Origin: a virus
Taxonomy: Duplodnaviria > Caudoviricetes
Reading direction: 5' to 3' (one strand)
Virus record (IMG/VR): IMGVR_UViG_3300033066_002315
Span: 21 to 64,020 of that record
Length of the DNA: 64,000 nt
In this document: positions 17,428 through 27,330 of the stretch, piece by piece
How the letters are laid out: every line of letters starts with the position of its first letter
Numbering within the stretch: position 1 is the first letter of the stretch
Made by a program: the position numbers and the translations under genes
The notes under the pieces: model-generated
Databases searched by the model: none
What the model was told of the DNA's origin: nothing
Seen by the model: only the letters and a program-made list of their open reading frames with translations

Positions 17428-19482
17428 ATGCCCCTCGCCCTATCCGTCCTCGCCCGTCGCGCCATCTGGGCCGCGCGCGTGCCCAAGCTCTTCTCCGACT
17501 GGATCGAGATCGCCAACGACACGGCGGACCCGATCCAGGTCGAACTCGGCGACGCGCGATGGATCCAGATCGCCACCGCGGGCAGCTACAAGGGCCACCA
17601 TTCCGGCCCGTTCGAGATGACCTCGGCGGTCTTCGAAGAGATCTCGCGCAACTTCCATCGGCACCCCTCCTTCAAGCAAGGGCCGGGCGGCTACGGCGTC
17701 GCCGACGTGATCCCATTCGACTGGCGGCACGCGAGCGAGAAGAGCCCGGCCGAAGGCGGCGCGCTCGCGATCGTCACGCAGGCGGCGCAAGGATGGGCGA
17801 CCGATCTCCAGGTGCGCACGATCCCCGTCGCCGCGAAGGACGGCACCGGACGCCCCACGATCGACACGCGCCCGACTCTCTGGGCGCTCGGGCGCATGCT
17901 GGAGCCGGCGAAGACCATGATCAAAGAGGGCCGGATCAAGTGGACCTCGGTCGCGATCTGGCCCGACACGCCCGACCCCGTGACGGGCGAGAACATGGGG
18001 ACATATCTCAGTTCGATCGCGCTGACGAACGACCCGTTTATTCAAGGCATGTACGCCATCGCGGCCGATCGCTCTGCGGCTCCTGTGCTCGCGTCCTCGC
18101 GCTGGATCGACCCTTACGACATGCCCACGACCGCGAGCGGTGTGCTCGAGCGCCTTCGTCGCATCTTCGGCCTCGCGGAGATGGCCGATCTCGGTGAGGT
18201 GCTCCGGCAGATCGCGACGCTGCGCGCCGCGGCGCTCGGCACGATGGCGGCGCCGCCGGGCGTCGACATCCCCGAGCTGGTCGGCGCGTTGCGCTGTCTC
18301 TTCAACCTGCCCACGCTCGAGACCGTCGAGCGCGTCTTCGAAGAGGCGGATAAGCTCGTCGCGGCCATCGCTTCCGAGCAGGCCGCCAAGAACGCGCCGG
18401 CGCGTCAGCCGGCGTCGCCGGCGCCGGCGACGAACACGATCCCACCGCCCATCGCTGCCGCGAGGGCGCCGAACACGAACCAAGATCCGAAGGAGACGAT
18501 CATCATGAAGGAGCTCATTGCTCTACTCGCGGCGGCGTTCCGCTGCTCCCCGACCGAAGAGGCCGTCTTCGCCGAAGCGAAGCAGATGCTGACGCTCGAT
18601 CGCAACGTCGACCTCAAGATGCTCTTCGGCATGGCCGGCGGCGACGGCGGCGACGCCGCGAAGGCCTACGAGAAGATCAAGTCCCTCATCGCGGCCGCCG
18701 CGCCCTACATGACGCCCGGCGCGCCGTCCAACGTCGAGGAGGCGACGCGCGCGCTCGTCAAGCAGTGCTCGGAGATCTCGACGCTGATGAAGGTCGTCCC
18801 CGAGCTGGCCTCCGTGCTGGAGATGTCCGCGGATGACGAGGACGAGGACGCGATGGGCGACGTCATGGGGGTCATGGCGAGCCGCGGCTACACGGCCGGC
18901 GCCGATGGCCGGCTCGCGCTCGATCGCGATGGCGCCGATCACGCGAACATCCTCCTGCACCGGCGCACCGGCGGCCTCGCGCAGTTCGCGAAGAAGCCCG
19001 CGGCGACCGCGAGCGCGACCGAGCTCCTCGCGTGGGTCACCGACGTCAAGACGCTGCTCGAGCAGCGCAAGCGCGCGCGCGCGGAGTTCCACGCCGAGTA
19101 TTTCACGGAGCCCGAGCAGCCCGCCAACCACGGGCACTACCTCCTCGGCCGCCTCGCGGTCGGGCAGCGGGACAACTCCGCGACCGCGCTCGCGCGCGGG
19201 CCGCAGGCGCGCGTCGGCCAGAGCTTCGCCTTCGGCGGGCAGCGCCCGGGACCGGCGATGCCCGACCAACTCCCCGGCGGCCCGAACGCGCCGCAGCTCC
19301 CGGACCTCGCCGCGTTCTCCGGCAACCGCACGCAGCGCTTGCTCGCGGCGGCCGCGGAGCGCGCTGGCGCGCAGTGGCCGAAGCTCAACGACGACGAGCG
19401 CTTCGCGAAAAAGCGTGAGCTGGAGGCTCTGTACGTGAGCGCCGGGCACGACCTCACGAAGTTCGACGTCGTGAGCGCGTAG
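17428..19482 (+). CDS. Mu-like prohead protease with scaffold region
   Basis: WIQIATAG, IPFDWRH, AQGW, IALTNDPFI motifs; long helical C-terminus; SD GGAGG. Confidence 0.85.
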   Translation: MPLALSVLARRAIWAARVPKLFSDWIEIANDTADPIQVELGDARWIQIATAGSYKGHHSGPFEMTSAVFEEISRNFHRHPSFKQGPGGYGVADVIPFDWRHASEKSPAEGGALAIVTQAAQGWATDLQVRTIPVAAKDGTGRPTIDTRPTLWALGRMLEPAKTMIKEGRIKWTSVAIWPDTPDPVTGENMGTYLSSIALTNDPFIQGMYAIAADRSAAPVLASSRWIDPYDMPTTASGVLERLRRIFGLAEMADLGEVLRQIATLRAAALGTMAAPPGVDIPELVGALRCLFNLPTLETVERVFEEADKLVAAIASEQAAKNAPARQPASPAPATNTIPPPIAAARAPNTNQDPKETIIMKELIALLAAAFRCSPTEEAVFAEAKQMLTLDRNVDLKMLFGMAGGDGGDAAKAYEKIKSLIAAAAPYMTPGAPSNVEEATRALVKQCSEISTLMKVVPELASVLEMSADDEDEDAMGDVMGVMASRGYTAGADGRLALDRDGADHANILLHRRTGGLAQFAKKPAATASATELLAWVTDVKTLLEQRKRARAEFHAEYFTEPEQPANHGHYLLGRLAVGQRDNSATALARGPQARVGQSFAFGGQRPGPAMPDQLPGGPNAPQLPDLAAFSGNRTQRLLAAAAERAGAQWPKLNDDERFAKKRELEALYVSAGHDLTKFDVVSA

Positions 19483-19505
19483 AGCCTCCCCTCGGAGGCA
19501 TGAGC

Positions 19506-19537
19506 GGGGCGCTCGCGAAAAATCGCGGCGCCCCTTT
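19506..19537 (+). terminator. Hairpin or terminator-like element between protease and capsid cement genes
   Basis: GGGGCGC.CGCGA-loop-TCGCG.GCGCCCC followed by TTT. Confidence 0.5.
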
Positions 19538-19578
19538 CCGCTAGAGACCTTCTTCGATCATCATCAAGGACAACAGCC

Positions 19579-19992
19579 ATGGCCTACACCCCCGAGTTTA
19601 CCGAAGTCATCGACCCCGCCGCGCTGCGGACCATCGTGAACAGCTCCGTCGCCGACATCGGCCCGAACCTCTTGCTCACCGGCGACTACGCCACCGGCGC
19701 GCTCCCCGCTGCGATCTCCGATCCGATCATCGGCGTCACGCGCGCGACGATCTACGCCGGCAAGGGCGGCCGCACCGCGGTGCGCGGGTTCATGGCTATC
19801 TACGCCGGATCCGGCGGCGTCACGAAGGGTCAGCGCGTCATGCCCGAGGCTGCGACTGGCAAGGTGATCCCCTGGAGCGCGAGCGCGGGCGCGAACGCCA
19901 CCGTCGTCGGCATCGCGCACACCACCGCTTCGGCGAACGGCCTGTGCATGGTCGAGTTCAACTGCACCGGGCAGCTCAGCCAGGGCGCCTGA
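19579..19992 (+). CDS. Capsid cement or decoration protein (DUF2190-like)
   Basis: Size, position before capsid, IIGV...G..V...G/VVGIA pattern. Confidence 0.7.
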   Translation: MAYTPEFTEVIDPAALRTIVNSSVADIGPNLLLTGDYATGALPAAISDPIIGVTRATIYAGKGGRTAVRGFMAIYAGSGGVTKGQRVMPEAATGKVIPWSASAGANATVVGIAHTTASANGLCMVEFNCTGQLSQGA

Positions 19993-20033
19993 TCCTCAAC
20001 CTCTGACCCGCTCCCGGAGAAGGACTCGAATCA

Positions 20034-21386
20034 ATGCTCACGATCTTCACCTCGAACAAGAGCGCTCCCAGCGCTCCGCAGCGTCGCTTCGGCCTCGGCC
20101 TCTCTCGCGGCCCCGGCCTCACGCAGCAGCTCGACGCCAGCCGCAGCGGTCGCGCCGACACGCGCGCGCCCGAGCGGTCGAACTGGACTCCGCCGACCGC
20201 GCGCGAGTTCTCGCGCGTCAACAACCCCAACACGATCCCGATCCAGCTCGTCGGCGACACGGAGGGCACGCAGCGGATCGGCGATCGCGTGCTCAAGCCC
20301 GGCGAGCGCATCACGCTGGAGTACGATCAGGCCGAGGGCGTGCTGCTCGACCGCAGCGGCCACGCCGTGATGTTCGGTTTGACGCCGAGCGACGTGCACG
20401 ATCCCACCGAGTTGGGAACGTACTTGGCCGGTTACAACAACGAGAATTTCCGGCACGAAGAAGCCGCGCAGGTGATCCCCGTCACGATGGACGAGGACAA
20501 GTACCGTACGTTCAACTCCTCGGCCGCGTTCAAGCCCGTCACCGTCAAGACGGATGACGACGCCACGCCGGCGGAGGTGAAGGTGACGAGCAGCCTCACC
20601 AACTACAAGGTCGTGGTGCGGCGAATCGCGGCCTTCATCCCCGATCCCACCGCGAAGCAGGTTTCGAACAGCGGCTATGACTTGCGCTTCGTGCACATGA
20701 AGCGCTGCAAGCGGGCGATCAACATGGACCTCGAGCTCGACGTGCTCGGCTCCAGCGGGCTGCTCACCACGAGCGGCAACTGGAACTCGAACAACGCGGT
20801 CGCACTCGCGGCGAACTACGCCTGGGGCGACACCACGGGCAACTCTGCCAACGCGGGTGCGCTCTCCGATCCGATCGCCGATCTCAACGCGCGCATCGTC
20901 GCCAGCGCCGCGCTCATCAGCGGATGGATGATGAACCACCGCGTCGCGCTCTGCTTCCTCTCCCACGAGAAGGTTCGGAGCTACATGCGGCAGTGGCTCG
21001 GCGACGCCAACGCGACCTCGATCGCGCGCCAGGTCGCGCAGGCGCGTGGCGCGGGCGTCTTCGACTTCGAGCTCCCGATGATCGGCGCCGTGAAGGTGAA
21101 CACCGCGCGCGTCGAGAGCAACACCGCCGGCACCACCACCGACTACATCATGCCGAACGTCGTGCTCGGCCTCACGCAGCCGCCGGGCGTCCCGACGAAC
21201 GGCGAAGAGATCGCCACCGCCTACAACTTCCGGCGCAAGGGGCCGGCGGGCGTCGGCTTCTTCACGCGCGAGGTGCGGTTCGACGCGCGCGGTGCGGGCG
21301 GCACGATGATCATCGTCGAGGAAGCCTCGATCCCGACCATGACCAGCACGATCGCCGGTGGCTTCATCGGCGACATCCTGCAGTAG
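20034..21386 (+). CDS. Major capsid protein (cap E/Mu T-like)
   Basis: LGTYLAGYNN..F...AQVIPV...KY..F pattern; position; SD GAAGGA. Confidence 0.8.
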   Translation: MLTIFTSNKSAPSAPQRRFGLGLSRGPGLTQQLDASRSGRADTRAPERSNWTPPTAREFSRVNNPNTIPIQLVGDTEGTQRIGDRVLKPGERITLEYDQAEGVLLDRSGHAVMFGLTPSDVHDPTELGTYLAGYNNENFRHEEAAQVIPVTMDEDKYRTFNSSAAFKPVTVKTDDDATPAEVKVTSSLTNYKVVVRRIAAFIPDPTAKQVSNSGYDLRFVHMKRCKRAINMDLELDVLGSSGLLTTSGNWNSNNAVALAANYAWGDTTGNSANAGALSDPIADLNARIVASAALISGWMMNHRVALCFLSHEKVRSYMRQWLGDANATSIARQVAQARGAGVFDFELPMIGAVKVNTARVESNTAGTTTDYIMPNVVLGLTQPPGVPTNGEEIATAYNFRRKGPAGVGFFTREVRFDARGAGGTMIIVEEASIPTMTSTIAGGFIGDILQ

Positions 21387-21445
21387 TCTCGCAGGTGGGA
21401 GCGGCCAGCGCGGCGCTCCCTCACCACCATCACCAGGAGATGCCC

Positions 21446-22054
21446 ATGCCCCCCCCGAAGCCGGTTCCCGAGCCCGTCACCGCGGCCGTCACCGCGGCCG
21501 TCGCCGCGGAGGCCACCAAAGAGAAGCCCACCACCGAGCCCGTCGCCGCGACAGCGATCCCCGTCGAGCAGATCGTCGCGCTCGCGGCCGATTCGGTCAT
21601 GACGAAGCTCACGCCCGTTCTTCAAGAGCTCACCTTCGGTCTCACCAATCGGATTCACCAGCTCGTCGAGGAGAAGATGAAGCCGCTCGCGATCGACGAG
21701 CGCGACCAGCTTGTGCACGAGATCGAGCGCGACGAGCGCGGCGGCGAGCGCGTGCACGACGCGGACATCCCCTTCCTCGCGCAGGCCCTCACCGATCCGC
21801 AGCTCGATCGGCTCCTCGCGATGCGCCGTGGCAGTTCGAACGCTGCGCGCTGGGCAGCGCTCGGTGCGGTCCCGGGAAAGCACCTGGTCGCGACCGGCGG
21901 CGTCAAGCTCACGTATGACGGCAAGGCGCACCTCGCGCAGAAAGACGAGGTGCTCGAAATCGCCAAGCTCGATCCGGAAGAGATCGAGGGGCCCAAAGGC
22001 TTGCGCAAGCGCGGCCATCTGGTCGGCCCCGCCGACGCGATCGCGCCGCACTGA
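21446..22054 (+). CDS. Hypothetical protein
   Basis: SD AGGAG; lies between capsid and adaptor. Confidence 0.65.
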   Translation: MPPPKPVPEPVTAAVTAAVAAEATKEKPTTEPVAATAIPVEQIVALAADSVMTKLTPVLQELTFGLTNRIHQLVEEKMKPLAIDERDQLVHEIERDERGGERVHDADIPFLAQALTDPQLDRLLAMRRGSSNAARWAALGAVPGKHLVATGGVKLTYDGKAHLAQKDEVLEIAKLDPEEIEGPKGLRKRGHLVGPADAIAPH

Positions 22055-22097
22055 CCTCCTCCTCGCTCGCGCGCCTTGATCGGCTTACGATCGGCGC

Positions 22098-22586
22098 ATG
22101 AGCATCCCCCTCCTCATCGAAGACGCAGATCTCGAGCTGGCGATCGGCGCGGAGACCTTCGCGCAGCTCTGCGACCACGCGGGGCGCGGCGAAGCGCAGC
22201 CGCGGATCGTGCAGCACATCCTTCGCGTGGGCAGCGACGAGGCCGCCAACCTCCTCGCGCCAGGCTTCTCCACCGACGAGATCATCGCGCTCGTGCGTCG
22301 GGACGCGGCCTTGCGCCACAAGATCGCGCTCATCGGGATCGGCGTGGCCGGCGTCGCGCGACGCGAGTTCGCCGACGCGCAGGGGAAGTTCTTGTATGCC
22401 GACGCCGCGCAGAAGGCGCGGGCCGAGATCTCGGCCGTCGGCACGAAGAAGGAGCGCTCGGCCGCAGAGCAGCAGAACGGCTCGATCAACCGGCGCGTCG
22501 GGCCGCGCGTCGGGCAGCGCGTGAATCGCCCGCGCTACTTCGTCTTCGCCGACGCGCGCGGCACGCGTGGGAGCGGGGGCTACTGA
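22098..22586 (+). CDS. Head-tail adaptor (Mu gp36/DUF1320-like)
   Basis: DLELAIGAETFAQLCD pattern, size and synteny. Confidence 0.7.
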   Translation: MSIPLLIEDADLELAIGAETFAQLCDHAGRGEAQPRIVQHILRVGSDEAANLLAPGFSTDEIIALVRRDAALRHKIALIGIGVAGVARREFADAQGKFLYADAAQKARAEISAVGTKKERSAAEQQNGSINRRVGPRVGQRVNRPRYFVFADARGTRGSGGY

Positions 22587-23035
22587 TGCCCGGCGCGGGC
22601 GACATGATCGATCTCGACGTCGAGCGCTTCGCGAAGGTGGTGGCTGAGCTCGGCACGACCTCGGACCGGCTGGAGCCGACCATGACCGTCGCCGCGGAGA
22701 TGCTCGTCAGCGAGGTCCACGATTTCTGGATGAGCGCCGGCGGGGGCACGTGGCCCGCGCTCGCGCCCGCCACGCTGGAGAAGCGGCGAGGCTCGATCGC
22801 GCAGATCCTGATCGACACCGGCCGCGGCATCGGCAGCTTGCAGGCCTCGAGCGGGCCAGACTTCGCCGAGGCGGCCACCGACGTCGACTACATGCGGTAC
22901 CACTGCGGCGACGGTGCGCGCACCGTGATCCCGAAGCGCGATCCGTTCGACCTCCCCGAGGTCGCAACCGCCCGCGTCGTCGAGTACGTGCTCGCCGATT
23001 ACGTGTTGAAGTGGGCGGCCGGAGGTTCGAAATGA
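22586..23035 (+). CDS. Virion morphogenesis protein (Mu gpG/tail S-like)
   Basis: WPALAPATLEKR...ILIDTG..GSL motif. Confidence 0.8.
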   Translation: MPGAGDMIDLDVERFAKVVAELGTTSDRLEPTMTVAAEMLVSEVHDFWMSAGGGTWPALAPATLEKRRGSIAQILIDTGRGIGSLQASSGPDFAEAATDVDYMRYHCGDGARTVIPKRDPFDLPEVATARVVEYVLADYVLKWAAGGSK

Positions 23036-23970
23036 CCGCGTTCCAGCCCGACGCCTTTCCCCACTGGCACTCCATCTTCAGAATCAAATACGCCGCGATG
23101 TCCGCGCTCGCGCCCCTCACCGGCACACGCGCGACCGGATCGGTGACCGCGCGCGCATCGAGCGCGACACCGGCCACGATCCCGGTGAACACCTACGGCG
23201 TCCCCGTGGTGATCACCGCGTCGTCTTCGCGCCTCGACTTCCGCCGCATGATCAAGACCACCGCGGAGGTCACCGTGCGCCAAGCGGGCACCGAGGTGCC
23301 GATCATGAGCATGCTCGGCGGCGACTACCAAGGCCTCCCCGAAGGGACGGAGATCCATTGGTACCCCGAAGCGTTGCCGGGCATCCATCCTCACGCCGTG
23401 GTGACCACTGGAGGCACGACGGGCGGCGTGAGCAGCGAAGGCCTCGTCGCGGTCAAGCAGGTGCTCAGTTTCGAGAGCCTCGGAGCACAGAAGGTCGCGG
23501 AAGCGATCTGGAAGGCGGGCACCAACGACTTCCCCGCGGTGATCGTCGCGTGGGAGGGCGCTTCGGATGGACGCGTCGTCGGCGTCGGGCAGACGCTCAA
23601 GCAGCACTCGCTCACCGCGTTCGTGGTGGTCACGCGCTTCGACGGGCACAACGCGCGGCGCGAGCAGGGCGAGGCCGTGCTGTCCGCTGTCGAGCACGAG
23701 CTCTCGTATCGCGCGCAGGTCGACGACGAGATCTTCAGCTCGCCGCCCACGGTCCCCGGGCCGATCAACCGCTACGCCATGGACCCAGGGAGCTACGTCT
23801 ACGCGTTCAAGTTCTCGGCCAACCACGCGACGAAGCGGCAGGATCATCGCGACGGGACTTACACGCGGTGGCTCAGGTCGAGACAGAAGATCCAGACGCC
23901 CGACGACGGCACGATCCAGCCCCCGGCCGATCCGCTCGTGGTCGTGGATCAAACCGAAGACATGCCCTGA
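23032..23970 (+). CDS. Tail terminator-like protein (Mu gp37-like) with baseplate-J-like N-terminal domain
   Basis: FPAVIVAWEG...LTAFVVV terminator-like C-half; N-half resembles the J barrel domain. Confidence 0.55.
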   Translation: MTAFQPDAFPHWHSIFRIKYAAMSALAPLTGTRATGSVTARASSATPATIPVNTYGVPVVITASSSRLDFRRMIKTTAEVTVRQAGTEVPIMSMLGGDYQGLPEGTEIHWYPEALPGIHPHAVVTTGGTTGGVSSEGLVAVKQVLSFESLGAQKVAEAIWKAGTNDFPAVIVAWEGASDGRVVGVGQTLKQHSLTAFVVVTRFDGHNARREQGEAVLSAVEHELSYRAQVDDEIFSSPPTVPGPINRYAMDPGSYVYAFKFSANHATKRQDHRDGTYTRWLRSRQKIQTPDDGTIQPPADPLVVVDQTEDMP

Positions 23971-23989
23971 GCGCGGGTATGCTCTGGCG

Positions 23990-24349
23990 ATGCCCAACCT
24001 CTACGTCACTCCCGTGCCTGGCAAGGTCGTCTCTCGCTTTGGGTCAGCCACGCGAACCTCGAACAACGAGCCGATCGGCTACCAGCGCAACCGGGAAACC
24101 GGCGCCTTCGACCTCATCGATCCGGAGATCGTCGTGATGATCCCGGAAGCCGAGGCGACGCGCTTCGCCGCTCAGTACAACACCGCGATCCGCGTCGAGG
24201 GCGCGCTCATCGTGCGCAAGGAAGAAGACTTCAAAGCGTGGCGCGCGAAGGTCGTGGCGCGCCAAGAGCCGGCGCGCGCTGCGGCTCCGCCGGCTCCGCC
24301 TCCGGTGGAGGTCGCGGAGCTGGCGACCGCGGAGCTGGCGCCCGCGTAG
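23990..24349 (+). CDS. Small pre-sheath protein (Mu gp38/DUF2635-like)
   Basis: LYVTPVPGKVV start; position immediately before sheath. Confidence 0.55.
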   Translation: MPNLYVTPVPGKVVSRFGSATRTSNNEPIGYQRNRETGAFDLIDPEIVVMIPEAEATRFAAQYNTAIRVEGALIVRKEEDFKAWRAKVVARQEPARAAAPPAPPPVEVAELATAELAPA

Positions 24350-24403
24350 CGCCGCTCCGGCGGCTCGATGCGCTCGCAGGGGGATCGTGTACGATCCTCG
24401 CCC

Positions 24404-25957
24404 ATGACCACGCTCCCCCTGGCTATGAGCCCCACGCAGCGCACGCCCGGCGTTGCGGTCCTCATCGACTTTCTCGCCGAGGCCACCTCGGCGGGATCCG
24501 CCTCGCTCCGAGGCCTCATCATCGCGCCCAAGGCGTCCACCGGATCGATCACCAGCGACACGGAGATCGTGCAAGGGCTCGCCGGCGCGGCCGGTGCGTC
24601 GACGTACCTCGGCGCCGGCTCTCCTGGGCACCTCGCCGCGAAAGCGCTCTTCCGCGAGCTGCCCCTCGCGAACATCGATCTGATCTCGCCGACGCCGAGC
24701 ACGGGTGCTTTCGCCACCGGCACCTTCACCTTCGACGATTCGCAGGGGTCGAGCACCGACATCACAGCAGCGCGGACCGTCACCGCGACGATCGCGGGCC
24801 GCGAGATCTCGATCCAGTGGCTCGTCGGCGAGACGCGCGAGCAAGCCGCGACGAAGCTGGTGACCGCCATCAGCGCGGCCTCGGATGATCTCCCCGTGTC
24901 AGCCGCGAACGCCGGCGGGACGAGCGCCGTCTGCACGATCACGAGCAAGGTCAAGGGCACGTGGGGCAACGACATCCTGACTTACGTCGATGTCTCCGGC
25001 GGCACGGGCGGGAGCGTGGTCGCGGGCGCCGCGGCGATGGCGAGCGGCGCGGGCGAGATGGACATCACCACCGCGCTCACGAAGATCATCAACACCGAGT
25101 ACGACTTCATCCTGCTCGTCACCTCGAACGCTGACGCGGTGAGCGCGAGCACGAGCAACCCCTCGCGTCTCAAGAGCTATCTCGACACGTACGGCGAAGG
25201 GCAACCCGCGCTCCTCCAGCAAGGGATCTACGCCTGCACCTCGACGCTCTCCGGGCTGAAGGCGGCGACGGCGGTGATCAACTACGGCCGGACCCAGGTG
25301 CTCCTCGCGCGCACGTGCCAGTCGCTCCCGTGCGAGTGGGCCGCGGCCGAGATGGGCGCGCGCATGCGCGAGCGCGCGAAGTACGCGGTCAAGAACAGGA
25401 TCCACATGGTGTACCGCGCGACCCTCTACGGTCCGCGCGATCACGTCACCAGCGACCTCTCCGCCGTCGAGATCGAGGACGCTTTGCAGCACGGCATCAC
25501 CCCCATCACGTTCAATTCGACGTTCGTCCCGTGGCCCGAGCGCCCGATCACCACCTACTGGAAGGACACGAGCGCGGCCCCCGACGATCGGATCCTCGAC
25601 GTCACGCGCGTCGACGGCATGTTCACCGTCGCGAAGGATCTCCGCAGCACGATCCCCGCGCAGTTCCAAGGCAAGAGCCTCTCGCCCGATCTCCCCACCG
25701 GCGACGATCAGCTCCCGCCCGATGTCGTCGAGATCGGCACCGTGCGCGCCTTCGTGGTCGCGCGCTGCCGTCTCTGGCAGGGCCGCGGCGTCCTCCGCAA
25801 AGACAAGCTCGACGAGGCGATCGGCACCCGCGACGAGCCTGGCGAGCTCCAGGTCGTGATCAACGAGACCGACGCAACCCAGGTCGACATGCTGATCCCG
25901 CTGGCGACGATCCCCCCGCTCGCGAAGTTCAGCATGTACTTCACGCAGGCCGCGTAG
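24404..25957 (+). CDS. Tail sheath protein (Mu gpL-like)
   Basis: PGVAVLIDF, YLGAGSPGHL, KVKGTWGNDI, GITPI, ITTY motifs; 517 aa. Confidence 0.9.
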   Translation: MTTLPLAMSPTQRTPGVAVLIDFLAEATSAGSASLRGLIIAPKASTGSITSDTEIVQGLAGAAGASTYLGAGSPGHLAAKALFRELPLANIDLISPTPSTGAFATGTFTFDDSQGSSTDITAARTVTATIAGREISIQWLVGETREQAATKLVTAISAASDDLPVSAANAGGTSAVCTITSKVKGTWGNDILTYVDVSGGTGGSVVAGAAAMASGAGEMDITTALTKIINTEYDFILLVTSNADAVSASTSNPSRLKSYLDTYGEGQPALLQQGIYACTSTLSGLKAATAVINYGRTQVLLARTCQSLPCEWAAAEMGARMRERAKYAVKNRIHMVYRATLYGPRDHVTSDLSAVEIEDALQHGITPITFNSTFVPWPERPITTYWKDTSAAPDDRILDVTRVDGMFTVAKDLRSTIPAQFQGKSLSPDLPTGDDQLPPDVVEIGTVRAFVVARCRLWQGRGVLRKDKLDEAIGTRDEPGELQVVINETDATQVDMLIPLATIPPLAKFSMYFTQAA

Positions 25958-25993
25958 CCGGCTCGCTCACCACACCAACGCAGGAGATCAACC

Positions 25994-26377
25994 ATGGCCG
26001 GCGAAGACCTTGGACAGTACCCGAGAGGGCAAGCGAACCTCAACGGAACCTCGTCATACCAGATGACGGACCTCACCTACACTCATACCAACGGCGCGAA
26101 GCTCAAGAGCACGTTGCGCAAAGACCCCGGCGGCTTCGTGCGCGGCGCGCGCGCGGTGTCGGGCTCGATGAATTTCATCATCGACGAGAACGGCGAAGAG
26201 CTCGACTTCACCACCGCCGTCGAGGAGATGATCCCTCAACAGATCACGCTCAAGCTGCCCGGAGGAGACATCAAGTACCTCAACTGCGTCTTCACCGAGG
26301 AGGGCGCCGACATCACCTTGGAGGATGGTGTGAAAAAGCCGGTGAAGTTCGTCGGCTACTTCGTCACGATCTTCTGA
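25994..26377 (+). CDS. Tail tube protein
   Basis: 127 aa, beta-rich, directly after sheath; SD AGGAG. Confidence 0.8.
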   Translation: MAGEDLGQYPRGQANLNGTSSYQMTDLTYTHTNGAKLKSTLRKDPGGFVRGARAVSGSMNFIIDENGEELDFTTAVEEMIPQQITLKLPGGDIKYLNCVFTEEGADITLEDGVKKPVKFVGYFVTIF

Positions 26378-26416
26378 GCCTCGCTCGACTTCGGCGCGCC
26401 GCGTATGCTCGGCGCC

Positions 26417-27082
26417 ATGCCCGAACCCACCCGCACCAAACGCTTCAGCACCAACATCCTCGCGTGGCTCGCCGGCAAAGGCCCGGACGACTTCAAGGCG
26501 ATCCGCGCCGGGAAGCACCTGCTCTTCCCCGACGCGATCACCTACTACGACGGCGAGCCGCGCGAGGATCCGGTGATGATCCGCGAGCCCAAGCTCGTCG
26601 ACCGCACCGCTGCACGAATCGACGCGATCACCTACGTCGCGAAGCGGGTTCCGAAGTCCTCGACGTTCAAGGTCGAGACGTTCGAAGACGCGTGCAAGTT
26701 CATGGGAGGCGACGAGTTCGACGCGATCGAGCGCGCGGCCGTCGTCGCGCGCTGCACCCATGACCCGAATCAGCCCAGCGTCACGCTGGAGCCGGGCAAG
26801 ATCCCGCCCCCCTGGCGCGACCTCACGCTGCTCATCGCCGACTACAGCGAGCGCGCGATCTATGACCTCTACGAGCGCATGGCCCTCCTCGGGAGGATGT
26901 TCTCGCCGCGTCTCGAAGAGCTGACCGAAGAAGAGATGTGGGCCGCGGCGAACTTCATCGCCACGAAGGAGAACGCCAGCCCTTTAGGCGCTATGGGCGC
27001 CGCCACGCAGCTCGTCTTTCTCATCTGGGCGTGCAAGCAGGCGTCTCGGGCGCGAGCGATGTCGAGCTCCTCGTCCACCTGA
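26417..27082 (+). CDS. Tail assembly chaperone (G-like)
   Basis: Between tube and tape measure; TATGCT-N7-ATG. Confidence 0.7.
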   Translation: MPEPTRTKRFSTNILAWLAGKGPDDFKAIRAGKHLLFPDAITYYDGEPREDPVMIREPKLVDRTAARIDAITYVAKRVPKSSTFKVETFEDACKFMGGDEFDAIERAAVVARCTHDPNQPSVTLEPGKIPPPWRDLTLLIADYSERAIYDLYERMALLGRMFSPRLEELTEEEMWAAANFIATKENASPLGAMGAATQLVFLIWACKQASRARAMSSSSST

Positions 27083-27321
27083 TCGACGATCTCGAGTGCG
27101 GCGCCGTGCCGCTCGAAGAGCTCAAGACGATCTTCCACGGCGACGAGCGCTACTGGAACGTCATCCGCACGATCCAGAAGCTCGAGCGCGAGGCGGCCGC
27201 GCCGCCGCGCCCACCGAGGAAGAAAGTGGTCCCGGCCGCGCCCGGCGCGCGCGCGCGGATCGACTCCCAGAAGCAGCGCACGGATCTCCTCCGGCGCGCG
27301 CGTGAGAAGGGCTCGCGGTAG
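26980..27321 (+). CDS. -1 frameshift extension of the tail chaperone (T-like), slippery site C CCT TTA at 26980-26986
   Basis: X XXY YYZ heptamer in frame with ORF1; -1 frame stays open to 27321. Confidence 0.65.
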   Translation, partial: PFRRYGRRHAARLSHLGVQAGVSGASDVELLVHLIDDLECGAVPLEELKTIFHGDERYWNVIRTIQKLEREAAAPPRPPRKKVVPAAPGARARIDSQKQRTDLLRRAREKGSR

Positions 27322-27330
27322 GATCTCGGC

